A DNA stretch of 64,000 nucleotides. It comes from Armatimonadota bacterium. Its GTDB lineage: Bacteria; Armatimonadota; UBA5829; DTJY01. The stretch is taken from contig JANYKG010000017.1 in the NCBI GenBank assembly GCA_025358205.1, forward strand, positions 2,238-66,237, read 5' to 3'. This document shows, piece by piece, positions 28,362 to 37,762 of the stretch (positions are counted from its first letter, which is position 1; every line of letters starts with the position of its first letter). Made by a program: the position numbers and the translations under genes. The notes beneath the pieces were generated by a model. That model was not told the origin of the DNA, searched no databases, and saw only the letters and a program-made list of their open reading frames with translations.

Positions 28362-29621
28362 TGAAAGCGCTTCTGCTATCTTCTCAACTGCCTCACAAAT
28401 CGGAACATCATTCTCTTCCTTCGTACCCATGTTCCGAACCTTTACCAGGCCCTGGTTCAATTCATCCTCGCCGATGATGACAACGAACTTGGCCTGTTCA
28501 CGGTCGGCAGCCTTCATCTGCGATTTCATGCTCTTGCCCGAATAGTCCGTCTCAGCGGCGATTCCGGCCTTGCGCAGATCGGCCAGCAGCTTAATTCCGA
28601 GTTCCCTGGTCGCTTCACCCAGCGTTATTACGAACACCGATGGATGAACATTTATCGGCGGCTCGATGCCCTGTGCTTCCATGATCAGGAGCATCCTCTC
28701 TATGCCGCAGCCGAATCCCACTGCAGGAGTCGGAGGTCCGCCCATCTGGGTAACCAGTCCATCATACCGACCTCCCCCGATGACCGTGCTCTGCGCTCCA
28801 AGGTCGGCGCTCTGGAACTCGAACGCGGTCTTGGTGTAGTAATCCAGTCCGCGCACCAACCGTGGGTCAAGGATATAGGAGATACCCAGGTCGTCCAGAT
28901 AGCGCAGAACCGCCTTCAGGTGATCGCCGCAGTCCTGGCACAGGTGATCCACAATGCTCGGTATGTTGACCGTGAACTCCTTGCAGCCTGGGGCCTTGCA
29001 GTCCAGCATCCTGAGCGGGTTCGTATCGTATCGCACCTGGCAGGTTTCGCATAGCTCGTTCAGGTAGGGCTTTACATCCTGCCTCAGCGCGTCCTTATAC
29101 TGGGGGGCGCACTCCGGGCAGCCGACCGAGTTGATCTTGAGTTCGCAGCCGCCGACCCCAAGCGTGGCGAGAAACTGGCTGCCAAGCGCGATGACCTCGG
29201 CGTCCATTGCCGGGTCCTGGGAGCCGAACGCTTCGATGCCTACCTGGTGATGCTCCCGATATCGCCCGGCCTGCGGTCGCTCGTAGCGGAACACTCCGGT
29301 GATGTAGTAGAATTTGTTGACGGGCTGTTCACCGTGCAGCTTATGCTGGACGTAGGCGCGCACTATTGGCGCGGTTCCTTCGGCGCGCAGAGTCATGCTC
29401 CGCTCGCCCCTATCCTGGAACGTGTACATCTCTTTGCTGACGATGTCCGTATGCTCTCCCACGCTGCGGGTGAAAAGGTCCGTTTCCTCAAAAGTAGGCG
29501 TGCGGAGTTCGTTGTACCCGAAGAGTCGGCAGATATCGCGGAATTTCCCCTCGACGTACTGCCACCGAGGGCTTTCACGGGGCAGGATGTCCTGGGTTCC
29601 CCGCGGTGCGGAATATCGCAT
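28359..29621 (-). CDS. hisS: Histidine--tRNA ligase
   Basis: APRGTQD, KEMYTF, LRAEGTA, FRYERPQAGRYR, LVRGLDYY and GGGRYDGL motifs. Confidence 0.97.
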   Translation of the reverse strand: MRYSAPRGTQDILPRESPRWQYVEGKFRDICRLFGYNELRTPTFEETDLFTRSVGEHTDIVSKEMYTFQDRGERSMTLRAEGTAPIVRAYVQHKLHGEQPVNKFYYITGVFRYERPQAGRYREHHQVGIEAFGSQDPAMDAEVIALGSQFLATLGVGGCELKINSVGCPECAPQYKDALRQDVKPYLNELCETCQVRYDTNPLRMLDCKAPGCKEFTVNIPSIVDHLCQDCGDHLKAVLRYLDDLGISYILDPRLVRGLDYYTKTAFEFQSADLGAQSTVIGGGRYDGLVTQMGGPPTPAVGFGCGIERMLLIMEAQGIEPPINVHPSVFVITLGEATRELGIKLLADLRKAGIAAETDYSGKSMKSQMKAADREQAKFVVIIGEDELNQGLVKVRNMGTKEENDVPICEAVEKIAEALS

Positions 29622-29643
29622 GAATCGGTTTCCTCCAAGCGAT

Positions 29644-29673
29644 ATAGTAGGTCATTCAAGCGTGGATTGTCAA
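29644..29673 (-). promoter_or_regulatory. Putative sigma70 promoter of hisS-aspS
   Basis: TTGACA-N18-TACTAT on the minus strand, about 22 nt upstream of the ATG. Confidence 0.65.
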
Positions 29674-29711
29674 ACTTGGCATGGTTTTCTCAGACAGGCG
29701 AAGGGAAATCT

Positions 29712-29843
29712 AACAGGATAAGCAGGATGTGGAGGATCAGAGTGGGAAGCGAACATCCAACATCCATCCGCCGCGGCGGACGAACTCCCAACATCGAACA
29801 CAGCACCCGAAACCCGGAACCTGGCACCGGGAACCTCGCACCC
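29712..29843. repeat. Stacked nonamer and heptamer tandem repeats
   Basis: AACAGGATA AGCAGGATG TGGAGGATC; CGAACAT CCAACAT..CGAACTC CCAACAT CGAACAC; AGCACCC GAAACCC GGAACCT GGCACCG GGAACCT CGCACCC. Confidence 0.7.
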
Positions 29844-29846
29844 GCC

Positions 29847-30668
29847 CTACGACAACTTGATGCCCGTCCGCTCGAACTCGGTGCGGATGGCTTCTCGGAG
29901 TGCGGAGACAACCGCGTCCTGTCTGCCTGGTCTGACCTCCCCGATCACGCGGATGGTGACGCTGGCCGCGTTCATCGCTGAGATTCCGTCCGCTCTGGGT
30001 GGGCTGACCATGCCTTCGACATCCTTGGAAATGCTGTCCGCCGCGCTGTTGATGGCCGCGCGCACCTTCTCCAGGTCTGAGTCTGCCGCCACGCTTACGT
30101 CCAGCACGGACTGAACTGCCCCTCGGCTGTGGTTGGTTACCATCGTGATGTCGCCGTTTGCGATGATAACCAGCTTGCCAACGTCGTCGCGGAGTTGGGT
30201 CACTCGCATGCCCAGTTCCTCAACCGTTCCCGTAACCGCGCCGATGGTCACATACTCGCCAACCGAATACTGGTGTTCCAGCACGATGAAGAAGCCGGAG
30301 ATGATGTCGCGAACGAGTTTCTGCGCGCCGAACCCAACCGCCAGGCCGACCACGCCGGCGGCCGTCAGCACCGGGGCGGCGTCTATATCAAAGACCCGCA
30401 GGACCATGATGCCTGAGATGAAGATCAGTACGTAGAACACCGTGCTCTTTATCAGACTGCCCAACGTCTTGATCCGCCCTGTAACGGATGCCCCGTCGTC
30501 CTGCCGCTTGATGACCGTGGCCATGATCCTGTTCGTCAGCCGGTTTGCGATGAACCTCACGAGCAGGAAGAAGATGATGATCTTCACAATCGCCCATATC
30601 TTGAAGACGGCGATAGTCAGTCCGCCGATGTGTACACTTCCAAGGTCGTTTAGCCAGTTGATGTTCAT
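29847..30668 (-). CDS. Small-conductance mechanosensitive channel (MscS/YkuT-like)
   Basis: AGVVGLAVGFGAQKLVRDIISGFFIVLEHQYSVGEYV and GTVEELGMRVT; start position uncertain. Confidence 0.9.
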   Translation of the reverse strand: MNINWLNDLGSVHIGGLTIAVFKIWAIVKIIIFFLLVRFIANRLTNRIMATVIKRQDDGASVTGRIKTLGSLIKSTVFYVLIFISGIMVLRVFDIDAAPVLTAAGVVGLAVGFGAQKLVRDIISGFFIVLEHQYSVGEYVTIGAVTGTVEELGMRVTQLRDDVGKLVIIANGDITMVTNHSRGAVQSVLDVSVAADSDLEKVRAAINSAADSISKDVEGMVSPPRADGISAMNAASVTIRVIGEVRPGRQDAVVSALREAIRTEFERTGIKLS

Positions 30669-30743
30669 GATCCAGCCCCTTCGCGCGAGTTGTTTCTCAC
30701 AGGGAAAGTTCGCCATGCAGTCTAGTCCTTCCTGCGAAACCCT

Positions 30744-30860
30744 TTTGGAGTGCCGGCGGTCTTGACGCCGCTTTGTCTTTCGCCTACAGCCTTGGTCTTA
30801 GCCCCGCTGATTGATCTCTCGTCGGAAGTAAAAAGCGCAGTCGAGCCTGCGCACTCCAAA
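30744..30860. repeat. Family C palindromic element
   Basis: TTTGGAGTGC / GCACTCCAAA 10-bp perfect IR; internal CTTGAC..CGCTTT and AAAGCG..GTCGAG. Confidence 0.72.
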
Positions 30861-30976
30861 GTGCCTCGCGGTGTGCTAGAATAAACAAGTCATATCTCTT
30901 ACTCTCAGAAATTCCGAAGGTTCTGCGCGTTGCGAGTATCTACCCTTGTGAAGCACGATCAACATGGAGGCGATCC

Positions 30977-31528
30977 TTGCAGGACACATGCTGCGAGCGA
31001 CAACTGAATGACAGCGAACTGGTGGCGCTGACCCGCAAGGGCTCGATGAACGCATTCGACACTTTGGTCGAGCGCTATCGCAAGAGCATCTATCGCATGG
31101 CGCGAGGGATGACTCAGAGCCACGATGCCGCCGACGACCTCTCGCAGGAGACCTTTGTCCAGGCGTACAAGCAGATTCGGCAACTCCAGAACCCGGAAAG
31201 CTTCGGGCCGTGGCTTCGGAAGATACTTGTCAACCTCTGCATCAAGCAGTCCAAGAAGGTCGCGCTTGCGTGGCTTGAGGAGCACGAGGTCGAGTCGCCT
31301 GAATCTCCGTCCGCCGACGCCGAACGAAGCATGGTGCGGGACACCGTGAGGAACGCGATCATGGACCTTGATCCCGCTGAGCGCGCGGTGGTGCAGTTGT
31401 TCTACATCGAAGGCCTGAAGCAGACCGAGATCGCCGATGCCCTGGGCTGCCCGGTTGGCACCGTCTGGTCGCGCCTGAACTCCGCACGAGGCAAGCTGCG
31501 CGGGCGATTGGCGGATTTGATCTCTTGA
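30977..31528 (+). CDS. ECF RNA polymerase sigma factor
   Basis: DDLSQETFVQAY, FGPWLRKI and EIADALGCPVGTVWSRLNSAR; TTG start after GGAGG. Confidence 0.9.
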   Translation: MQDTCCERQLNDSELVALTRKGSMNAFDTLVERYRKSIYRMARGMTQSHDAADDLSQETFVQAYKQIRQLQNPESFGPWLRKILVNLCIKQSKKVALAWLEEHEVESPESPSADAERSMVRDTVRNAIMDLDPAERAVVQLFYIEGLKQTEIADALGCPVGTVWSRLNSARGKLRGRLADLIS

Positions 31529-31543
31529 TGCGGCTGTTGCCGT

Positions 31544-32404
31544 ATGGAGGATATGATGGATTGTTCGAGAGTAAGAGACCTGATTCCACAATACTGCAGC
31601 GACGAGCTGGATGCTGAGACCCGCCGACAGATGGACGAGCACATCTCCGGCTGCTCCAAGTGCCACGATGAACTCAAACAGGAGCAGGAACTGAGCCGGG
31701 TGATCAGCAAATCAATGGCCGACGACCCGCCCGAGGAGTACTGGGATGACTACAACGCCAAGGTTCGTTCCAGAGCGCGAGGCGTAACCGGCATGCTGTG
31801 GCGGACGGGTTCGATTCCGGGATGCCTCGCAGGTGCTTTCAACGGACTCGTGCTGGGCGGCCTATTCATTTTGCTGTACATGGGCCACGGACTGCGGTCT
31901 ATCCATCCCGTCTGGCTGAAGAACAGCGTGGTTGGTCTGATCCTTGTCGCGACATTGACCGCTCTTTACTTTGTAGGCGCTCGCGCTCTGAAGAAGGCGA
32001 ATCTCCGAGTTCTGCCGCGCTACGAGAAGGACGAGACGGGGCTGAAACAGGCAATCGTCGCCAAACCCATCAATCGCACTGTCTTCATTGCACTGCGAAT
32101 GACGGGCTATGTCGGAATGTCGTTATTCGCCACGCTTCTCCTCACGGGGACATGGGGGTTGGTTCGTTGGCTCACGCCTTCGTGGACGGTCAGCGTATTT
32201 CGAGCAGTCATGCTGATTCTGTTCGCCGCCGGTATACCCGCGCAGTACGTGTCGATCTGCGACTATATGGATGGTTCGCATCGCCTCGTCGAATGGGGCA
32301 AGAGGCACCGCATTTACCTCCGCAGTTTAACTGTGGGCTTCACGTTACTGGGGGCTGCCATGCTTGGCGTCAGCATCTGGCAGCTTACCATCATGATCCG
32401 CTGA
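31544..32404 (+). CDS. Zinc-finger (zf-HC2) anti-sigma factor, multi-pass membrane protein
   Basis: C...HISGCSKC ZAS motif followed by about 5 TM helices; directly after the ECF sigma gene. Confidence 0.8.
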   Translation: MEDMMDCSRVRDLIPQYCSDELDAETRRQMDEHISGCSKCHDELKQEQELSRVISKSMADDPPEEYWDDYNAKVRSRARGVTGMLWRTGSIPGCLAGAFNGLVLGGLFILLYMGHGLRSIHPVWLKNSVVGLILVATLTALYFVGARALKKANLRVLPRYEKDETGLKQAIVAKPINRTVFIALRMTGYVGMSLFATLLLTGTWGLVRWLTPSWTVSVFRAVMLILFAAGIPAQYVSICDYMDGSHRLVEWGKRHRIYLRSLTVGFTLLGAAMLGVSIWQLTIMIR

Positions 32405-32511
32405 TCTCTGAACCACCTTGGATAATTGCCGCAACCTTTCGCGCGATAGGAGAGTCTGTATACAAGGGCGACGCAGAACGCAGCGTGCGGACCCGGATTA
32501 GGAGAGTATCA

Positions 32512-33141
32512 ATGAACCAGAAGGTTGGGTTGTACACTCTGGTCGCGGTACTGGTGGCAGGGTTCGGATGGACAAGCTACCAGGTCAAGCGGTCGGAAAT
32601 GGTAGGGGCGAGCGCCAGCGGGAAGATAACATTCTTATCTTCTAAGAGCGGCGCGGAGAAGAGGCAAGCTCCGGATTTCACACTGCCGGCGCTTGACGGG
32701 TCGAAGGTGTCTCTTGCCGATTTCGCGTGCAAGGACGTCGTGCTTCTCGAATTCTCATCGGTCTCGTATCCAATGTGCCGTGCCCTAATGCCCGGTCTCG
32801 CGGAGTTGGAGCAGAAATACGGGAGCAAGGGTCTGAAGGTCATCACTGTCAACTGGGGAGATGACACCGCTGCGGTGTCACGCTTCGTGAAGGAAACCAG
32901 CTACAAGCCGCTGATTCTCCTCGACGACGGCTCCGTGCGCGAGCGGTACCACGTCATCGCGATGCCGACTATCGTGATCGTGGATAAGTCCGGTGAGATA
33001 TCTTCCGTTCGTTTGGGCCAGGTTGGGCCGCAACAGAGTTGGATTGAAGAGGAGATATGCAAGTTGTTGGGGTTGAAGTACACTCCCCCAATTGCCGCCA
33101 AGTCAACAAAGGGGGTGGTCCGTTTTGACCAGCATAATTGA
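32512..33141 (+). CDS. TlpA/ResA-like thioredoxin-fold protein lacking the first Cys of CxxC
   Basis: ATG 32512 after AGGAG; TM anchor; APDFTLPALDGSKVSLADF; YPMC at the CxxC position; AMPTIVIVDKSG. Confidence 0.8.
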   Translation: MNQKVGLYTLVAVLVAGFGWTSYQVKRSEMVGASASGKITFLSSKSGAEKRQAPDFTLPALDGSKVSLADFACKDVVLLEFSSVSYPMCRALMPGLAELEQKYGSKGLKVITVNWGDDTAAVSRFVKETSYKPLILLDDGSVRERYHVIAMPTIVIVDKSGEISSVRLGQVGPQQSWIEEEICKLLGLKYTPPIAAKSTKGVVRFDQHN

Positions 33142-34057
33142 ACTAGATCATCTGACGAAAAGCTTCAAGGGGCGCGGGCGCAAGGTGGAAACCACGGCTG
33201 TCAACGACCTGTCTTTCTCGGTTGAACAAGGCGAGATATTCGGATTCCTCGGGCCAAACGGTGCGGGCAAGACGACCACGCTCTATACGTTACTAGGTTT
33301 TCTTCATCCCAGTTCGGGCGGCGGCAGCGTGTTCGGGCTTCCTTTCGGCGATCCCGAGGGGTTGCGCAGGATAGGCTATCTGCCGGAGTACGTCAACCTC
33401 CACGAGTATTATACGCCGGACGGCATGCTGAACTACTATGCACGGCTATCGGGACTGGACCCGGTTGAGGCAAGGGCACGCGCGTCATATGTGCTTGAAC
33501 GGCTTGGCATAGCAGACGTGTGCAACAAGCGGATATCCAAGTTCTCAAAGGGCATGATACAGCGGCTGGGCCTTGCACAAGCAGTACTCGGAAACCCGGA
33601 CCTGCTGTTCCTTGATGAGCCGACATCGAGTCTTGATCCGGTCGGCAGGAAAGACGTCAAAGACCTGCTGCTCGAACTGAAGGCGCAGGGCAAGACTGTC
33701 GTCATCAGTTCGCACATTCTCAGCGACATCGAGTCACTGTGCGACAGGGTGGCGATTATCAGAAAGGGCCGTCTGGTAAAGACAGGCAAACTCGACGAAC
33801 TGCTGTCCACCGGGAGCGGTGTCAGGATAACCACCGACAAGCTGCCAACGGATGCCGTCAACGAAATTCAGCAGTTGGGTGGCGTTGTCATTGGGTCTGA
33901 TACCGTTTTCGCGATAGAACTGCCTGACCGTGAGAAGGAGTACGATGTGATAGGTATTCTGCGAAAACACGGCTGTCCGCTAATCTCGGTGGCCGAACAG
34001 AAGTCCAGCCTTGAGGACTACTTCTTCGATATCATGAAGGGGGAAGAGACCAAATGA
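33125..34057 (+). CDS. ABC transporter ATP-binding protein (ABC-2 type)
   Basis: GPNGAGKTT, FSKGM, LFLDEPT and SSHIL motifs; TTG start. Confidence 0.92.
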   Translation: MTSIIELDHLTKSFKGRGRKVETTAVNDLSFSVEQGEIFGFLGPNGAGKTTTLYTLLGFLHPSSGGGSVFGLPFGDPEGLRRIGYLPEYVNLHEYYTPDGMLNYYARLSGLDPVEARARASYVLERLGIADVCNKRISKFSKGMIQRLGLAQAVLGNPDLLFLDEPTSSLDPVGRKDVKDLLLELKAQGKTVVISSHILSDIESLCDRVAIIRKGRLVKTGKLDELLSTGSGVRITTDKLPTDAVNEIQQLGGVVIGSDTVFAIELPDREKEYDVIGILRKHGCPLISVAEQKSSLEDYFFDIMKGEETK

Positions 34058-34857
34058 GTATCCTAGCAGTTGCCAAGGATCAGTTCAGCGACCTTCTGCG
34101 CCGCCGATATTTGCTGGTCATATTCATCGGCGCGCTGGCGATAATCGGCATGTGGGTCGGATATCTGGCGCTAATGAAGAGTCTGTTCCCCGCGATGCAG
34201 CAGGGCGCACAGGATGCCGCCACCAAGGGAATGACGGAGATGATGATAGGTGGACTGCAGGTTGCATTACACGCGATCATCGGGTCCATCGGCGTTCTCC
34301 TGGCACTCGGTCTGATGTGTTTCTCCGTCACCAGCGAGGTATCCAAGGGTACGGTCAGGATGATTCTTTCGCGTCCGGTGCGGCGATATGAGTTTTTCAT
34401 CGGTAAGTGGCTCGGCTGTGTCTGCATAGTCGGGGTATACACGCTGCTGGTGGGAACCATGGTGTGTACCTACACCTACTACTCGTTCGGCAGACTGCTG
34501 CCGGTTATACCGCTCTCGATTGCGATGCTGTTTCTCAAGGCGATCACGGTCGGCAGTATTGGCATGGCGCTTGCGATGTGGCTGCGTCCGATAGTGGCTC
34601 TGCTGGTTGCCTATCTCGCAGCCGCCGAGACCTTTCTGTTCATTGCCGGATTCATGCATGGAATCGCCAAGTCCGTTATGCACACGCTCTTCTATGCGTT
34701 GCCGAGCTACAAGGCATTCGACCTGTACACCGGGATAATGAATGGGACAATCATGAGCGGCGCTGAGATAGCCTACCGAGTCGCCTATGCCGTGCTCATC
34801 TGGGCGCTGATGCTCATCGCGGGTGCGTCCCTGTTCCAGCGACGAGATCTGGCGTGA
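34054..34857 (+). CDS. ABC-2 type permease
   Basis: Six TM helices; EVSKGTVRMILSRPVRRYEFFIGK; ends FQRRDL. Confidence 0.88.
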   Translation: MSILAVAKDQFSDLLRRRYLLVIFIGALAIIGMWVGYLALMKSLFPAMQQGAQDAATKGMTEMMIGGLQVALHAIIGSIGVLLALGLMCFSVTSEVSKGTVRMILSRPVRRYEFFIGKWLGCVCIVGVYTLLVGTMVCTYTYYSFGRLLPVIPLSIAMLFLKAITVGSIGMALAMWLRPIVALLVAYLAAAETFLFIAGFMHGIAKSVMHTLFYALPSYKAFDLYTGIMNGTIMSGAEIAYRVAYAVLIWALMLIAGASLFQRRDLA

Positions 34858-34938
34858 TTTGGAGACGAGTAAGTTTCCGCCTGATTTCACGGCATAATCT
34901 ACCAATATTCAACACAATAACAACAGGAGGTTCCGAGT

Positions 34939-35649
34939 TTGATTAAGTATGTAAAGGCAATGGGCATCCTACTATGCGTCTCACTGATGGTCTCGGCGAT
35001 TGTCGGCTGTGGGAAGAAGCAATCGGCACAGACTGATGCAGGCTCAAGCGGCGAAGTGGCAAAGTCACCGGTAGCGCAGGTGACGCCGCAGGTCGCTCCC
35101 GATGCTCCGAAACCAGTTGTACGGAGTTCCAATCCGCTGGCCGACCTGATGAAGAAGCAGTCTGGACTCACCAGCTATGTTATGACCATGAAGATGGGCG
35201 CTCAGGATATGAAGAGCGCGATGAAGATGGAGAACGGCAAACCGGTTCGCATTAGGACGGATATGGGCGCCATGGGCTGGACGCTGGTACAGTATGATAA
35301 GGGCGTGCAGTATATGGGCAACTCCAAGACAAACGTGGCGATGGAGATACCGCTGAAGGGTTCACAGCATAATGCGCCTTCCACTATGATTATGCCCAGC
35401 GCGGAGGCTCTCAAGTCATACAAAATAGAGTCAGAGACGCTGGACGGGGTGGACTGCCTGAAAGTGAGCAAGGCTGATAGCAGCACGACTGTTTGGATGG
35501 AGAAGGAACATGGGCTTCCGGTGCAGATGATAATGGGTGGCAAGCCCATGAAGCTTAAGTATGAGCAAGTGAACGCAGTGCCGGACAGCGCGTTTGAGCT
35601 TCCCGCAGGTGTGCAGGTGCAGAAGGCGCCGACAGCGCCCGGACGGTGA
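34939..35649 (+). CDS. Lipoprotein with LolA-like/DUF4412-type fold
   Basis: Lipobox IVGC; ETLDGVDC...TVWMEKEHGLPV...VPDSAFELPAG. Confidence 0.7.
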   Translation: MIKYVKAMGILLCVSLMVSAIVGCGKKQSAQTDAGSSGEVAKSPVAQVTPQVAPDAPKPVVRSSNPLADLMKKQSGLTSYVMTMKMGAQDMKSAMKMENGKPVRIRTDMGAMGWTLVQYDKGVQYMGNSKTNVAMEIPLKGSQHNAPSTMIMPSAEALKSYKIESETLDGVDCLKVSKADSSTTVWMEKEHGLPVQMIMGGKPMKLKYEQVNAVPDSAFELPAGVQVQKAPTAPGR

Positions 35650-35679
35650 GTAGTCACTGAGAATACAGAACGAACAGTG

Positions 35680-35710
35680 GGGCGGGTCCGATTGCGGATG
35701 CCGCCCTTTT
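35680..35710 (+). terminator. Rho-independent terminator; target site of the class IIC intron
   Basis: GGGCGG-GTCCG ATTG CGGAT-G-CCGCCC followed by TTTT, directly before the intron 5' end. Confidence 0.8.
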
Positions 35711-35712
35711 GT

Positions 35713-37579
35713 GTATGCCGGGCATGTGCTCGATATCGGAGGTGAAAGTCCTCTACGGTAAAGGGAGTGAGAACCGTTAAGCGGAGGCAAGGGCGTCACC
35801 GTGAGGTGGGGTCTGAAAGAAGCCCGAGCCACAGTCACGACCTGACGAACAGAAACCGGATAGTAGGCCACAGGCGGTGGGTGAGCTGGCATGAGACGGT
35901 GAAACCCTCAACTCCCAAGACCGGCCTGTGGTAAATTCGGCAGGAGCGGGGCGAAAGATCGAGCGCTTATCCCGGGAGATCTGTCACTCTGTCCGCGTGA
36001 GGCGGACTATGCCAGCAGCAATGCAGACAAAAGGAGTGACAGAAGTCAGCAGAGGCCATAGTATCCGCGTGATGCGGAGAAGGGCCGAACACGAAGACAC
36101 AAGGAATCGCCGGAGGAATCGAGGCCGTGGCGGAGCAGAATATCGGACAACCGGCTTTCGACTACGATGAGGCGGGTGAAGCCCGGCCTGGGCGTAGTGA
36201 AGGGCATCAAGCGGCATCGGCGTCCCCCGAGACGAGAACCTTGGCGCAGAGCCTCATGGAGGCAGTAGTAGATGCGCGGAACATGCGCGCAGCCCTGAAA
36301 CGAGTCAGAGAGAACAAGGGAAGCCCAGGAGTAGACGGGGTGACCGTGGATAAGCTCCCGGAGTACCTTATGGAACACTGGCAGAGAATAAGGGCAGAAC
36401 TGCTTGATGGTAAGTACAAACCCCAGCCTGTAAGGCGGGTGGAGATACCGAAGCCGGACGGCGGAGTGCGACAATTGGGCATTCCGACCGTAATGGATAG
36501 GTTGATCCAGCAGGCAGTGCTACAGGTACTTGGGCCACTCTACGCCCCCACCTTCTCGGAATCGAGCTATGGATTCAGACCCGGCAGAAGTGCCCACCAG
36601 GCGGTGAGAGCCGCGAGAGAGCACGTAGCGAGCGGAAAGGAATGGGTAGTAGACCTAGACATCGAGAAGTTCTTCGACCGCGTGAACCACGATATCCTGA
36701 TGGGCCGTTTAGCACGGCGCATAGGGGATAAGCGTGTGCTAAGGCTGATTCGCGCATATCTGAATGCAGGGATCATGGCAGACGGAGTGGTGATAGAGCG
36801 GCACGAAGGCACACCACAGGGAGGGCCACTCTCACCGTTACTTGCCAACATACTCCTTGACGAGTTCGACAAGGAGTTGGAGAAGCGAGGGCACAGGTTC
36901 GTAAGATATGCAGATGATTGCAACATCTACGTAGCCACAGAGCGTGCAGGTGAGAGAGTAATGAAATCGCTCACGCAGTTCCTGGAGAAGAAACTCAGGC
37001 TGAAGGTGAACAAGGAGAAATCCGGGGTAGCCAAGCCGAGGGAGCGGAAGTTTCTGGGATTGCGGATAGTGAAAGGGAAAGAAGCGTTCATAAGCATCGC
37101 GCCCAAATCGCTTGAGCGATTCAAGAAGGCAGTGCGGCGTATCACAAAGCGAAACCGAGGAAGGAGCCTGACCCATGTGATAACGGAACTAAATCGTTAC
37201 ACGACGGGATGGGTGAACTACTTCGGGATTGCAGATGCCAAATCCATCATGCAAAAGCTGGATGGATGGATACGCCGTAGACTGAGGTGCTTGATCTGGA
37301 AGCAGTGGAAAGGATGGCAAACTCGGGCACATAATCTCCTGAAGGCAGGAGTAGGCCCGTGGCTGGCCTATGGCATCGTCTCCGGGAAGCATGGGCCGTG
37401 GAACGTTGCCGGAAGCCCTGCCATGACGAAAGCCATCACGAATGCGTACCTGAAGCAGCAAGGCTACAAGAGTCTCTATGAGCGTTACATGACGCTCGCG
37501 TCTTCGTGAACCGCCGGATGCGGACCCGCATGTCCGGTGGTGTGGGGGGAGGAGCCGGTGACGACTCCTCCTACCCGAT
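35713..37579 (+). mobile_element. Group II intron, class IIC (bacterial class C)
   Basis: 5' GTATGCCGGGCATG...GGTGAAAGTCC...GCAAGGGCGTC...TCTGAAAGAAGC resembles IIC domain I; short DV GAACCGCCGGATGCGGACCCGCATGTCCGGTGGTGT with CGC triad; DVI ends CTACCCGAT; inserted after a terminator. The 5' boundary could be off by 2 nt. Confidence 0.92.
36127..37509 (+). CDS. ltrA: Group II intron reverse transcriptase/maturase (no En domain)
   Basis: NKGSPGVDG, RQLGIPTVMDR, SYGFRPGRS, DIEKFFD, GTPQGGPLSPLLAN, RYADD, GWVNYF (X domain). Confidence 0.95.
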   Translation: MAEQNIGQPAFDYDEAGEARPGRSEGHQAASASPETRTLAQSLMEAVVDARNMRAALKRVRENKGSPGVDGVTVDKLPEYLMEHWQRIRAELLDGKYKPQPVRRVEIPKPDGGVRQLGIPTVMDRLIQQAVLQVLGPLYAPTFSESSYGFRPGRSAHQAVRAAREHVASGKEWVVDLDIEKFFDRVNHDILMGRLARRIGDKRVLRLIRAYLNAGIMADGVVIERHEGTPQGGPLSPLLANILLDEFDKELEKRGHRFVRYADDCNIYVATERAGERVMKSLTQFLEKKLRLKVNKEKSGVAKPRERKFLGLRIVKGKEAFISIAPKSLERFKKAVRRITKRNRGRSLTHVITELNRYTTGWVNYFGIADAKSIMQKLDGWIRRRLRCLIWKQWKGWQTRAHNLLKAGVGPWLAYGIVSGKHGPWNVAGSPAMTKAITNAYLKQQGYKSLYERYMTLASS

Positions 37580-37762
37580 TGAGCCAACCATCCAATCCTC
37601 ATCCGCCTACTTCCGTCCGCCGCCATCCCTAATCCTACGTAGTCTGCCTGTAGATTCTACGGGGTTTTACCGATAATTCGGTTGTCACCCCGCTCGAACC
37701 ATGCCTGCGGGGGCGCGTTATCATGCATCGGATACAGGTGCTCCTGGGGAGGAACAGACTCA

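Noticed and set aside
29622-29700. T-box leader for hisS-aspS
   Set aside because: The predicted promoter is only about 22 nt from the start codon and no T-box sequence is present.
31798-32511. N-terminal extension of the 447-aa ORF overlapping the anti-sigma gene
   Set aside because: Off-frame shadow of the anti-sigma CDS; the credible start is ATG 32512 with an RBS and TM anchor.
32755-32780. Selenocysteine UxxC redox motif in the TlpA-like protein
   Set aside because: The codon at that position is TAT (Tyr), not TGA.
37660-37762. Cobalamin or other riboswitch upstream of exbB
   Set aside because: Some pairing potential, but no B12-box or other aptamer consensus that I could recognise.
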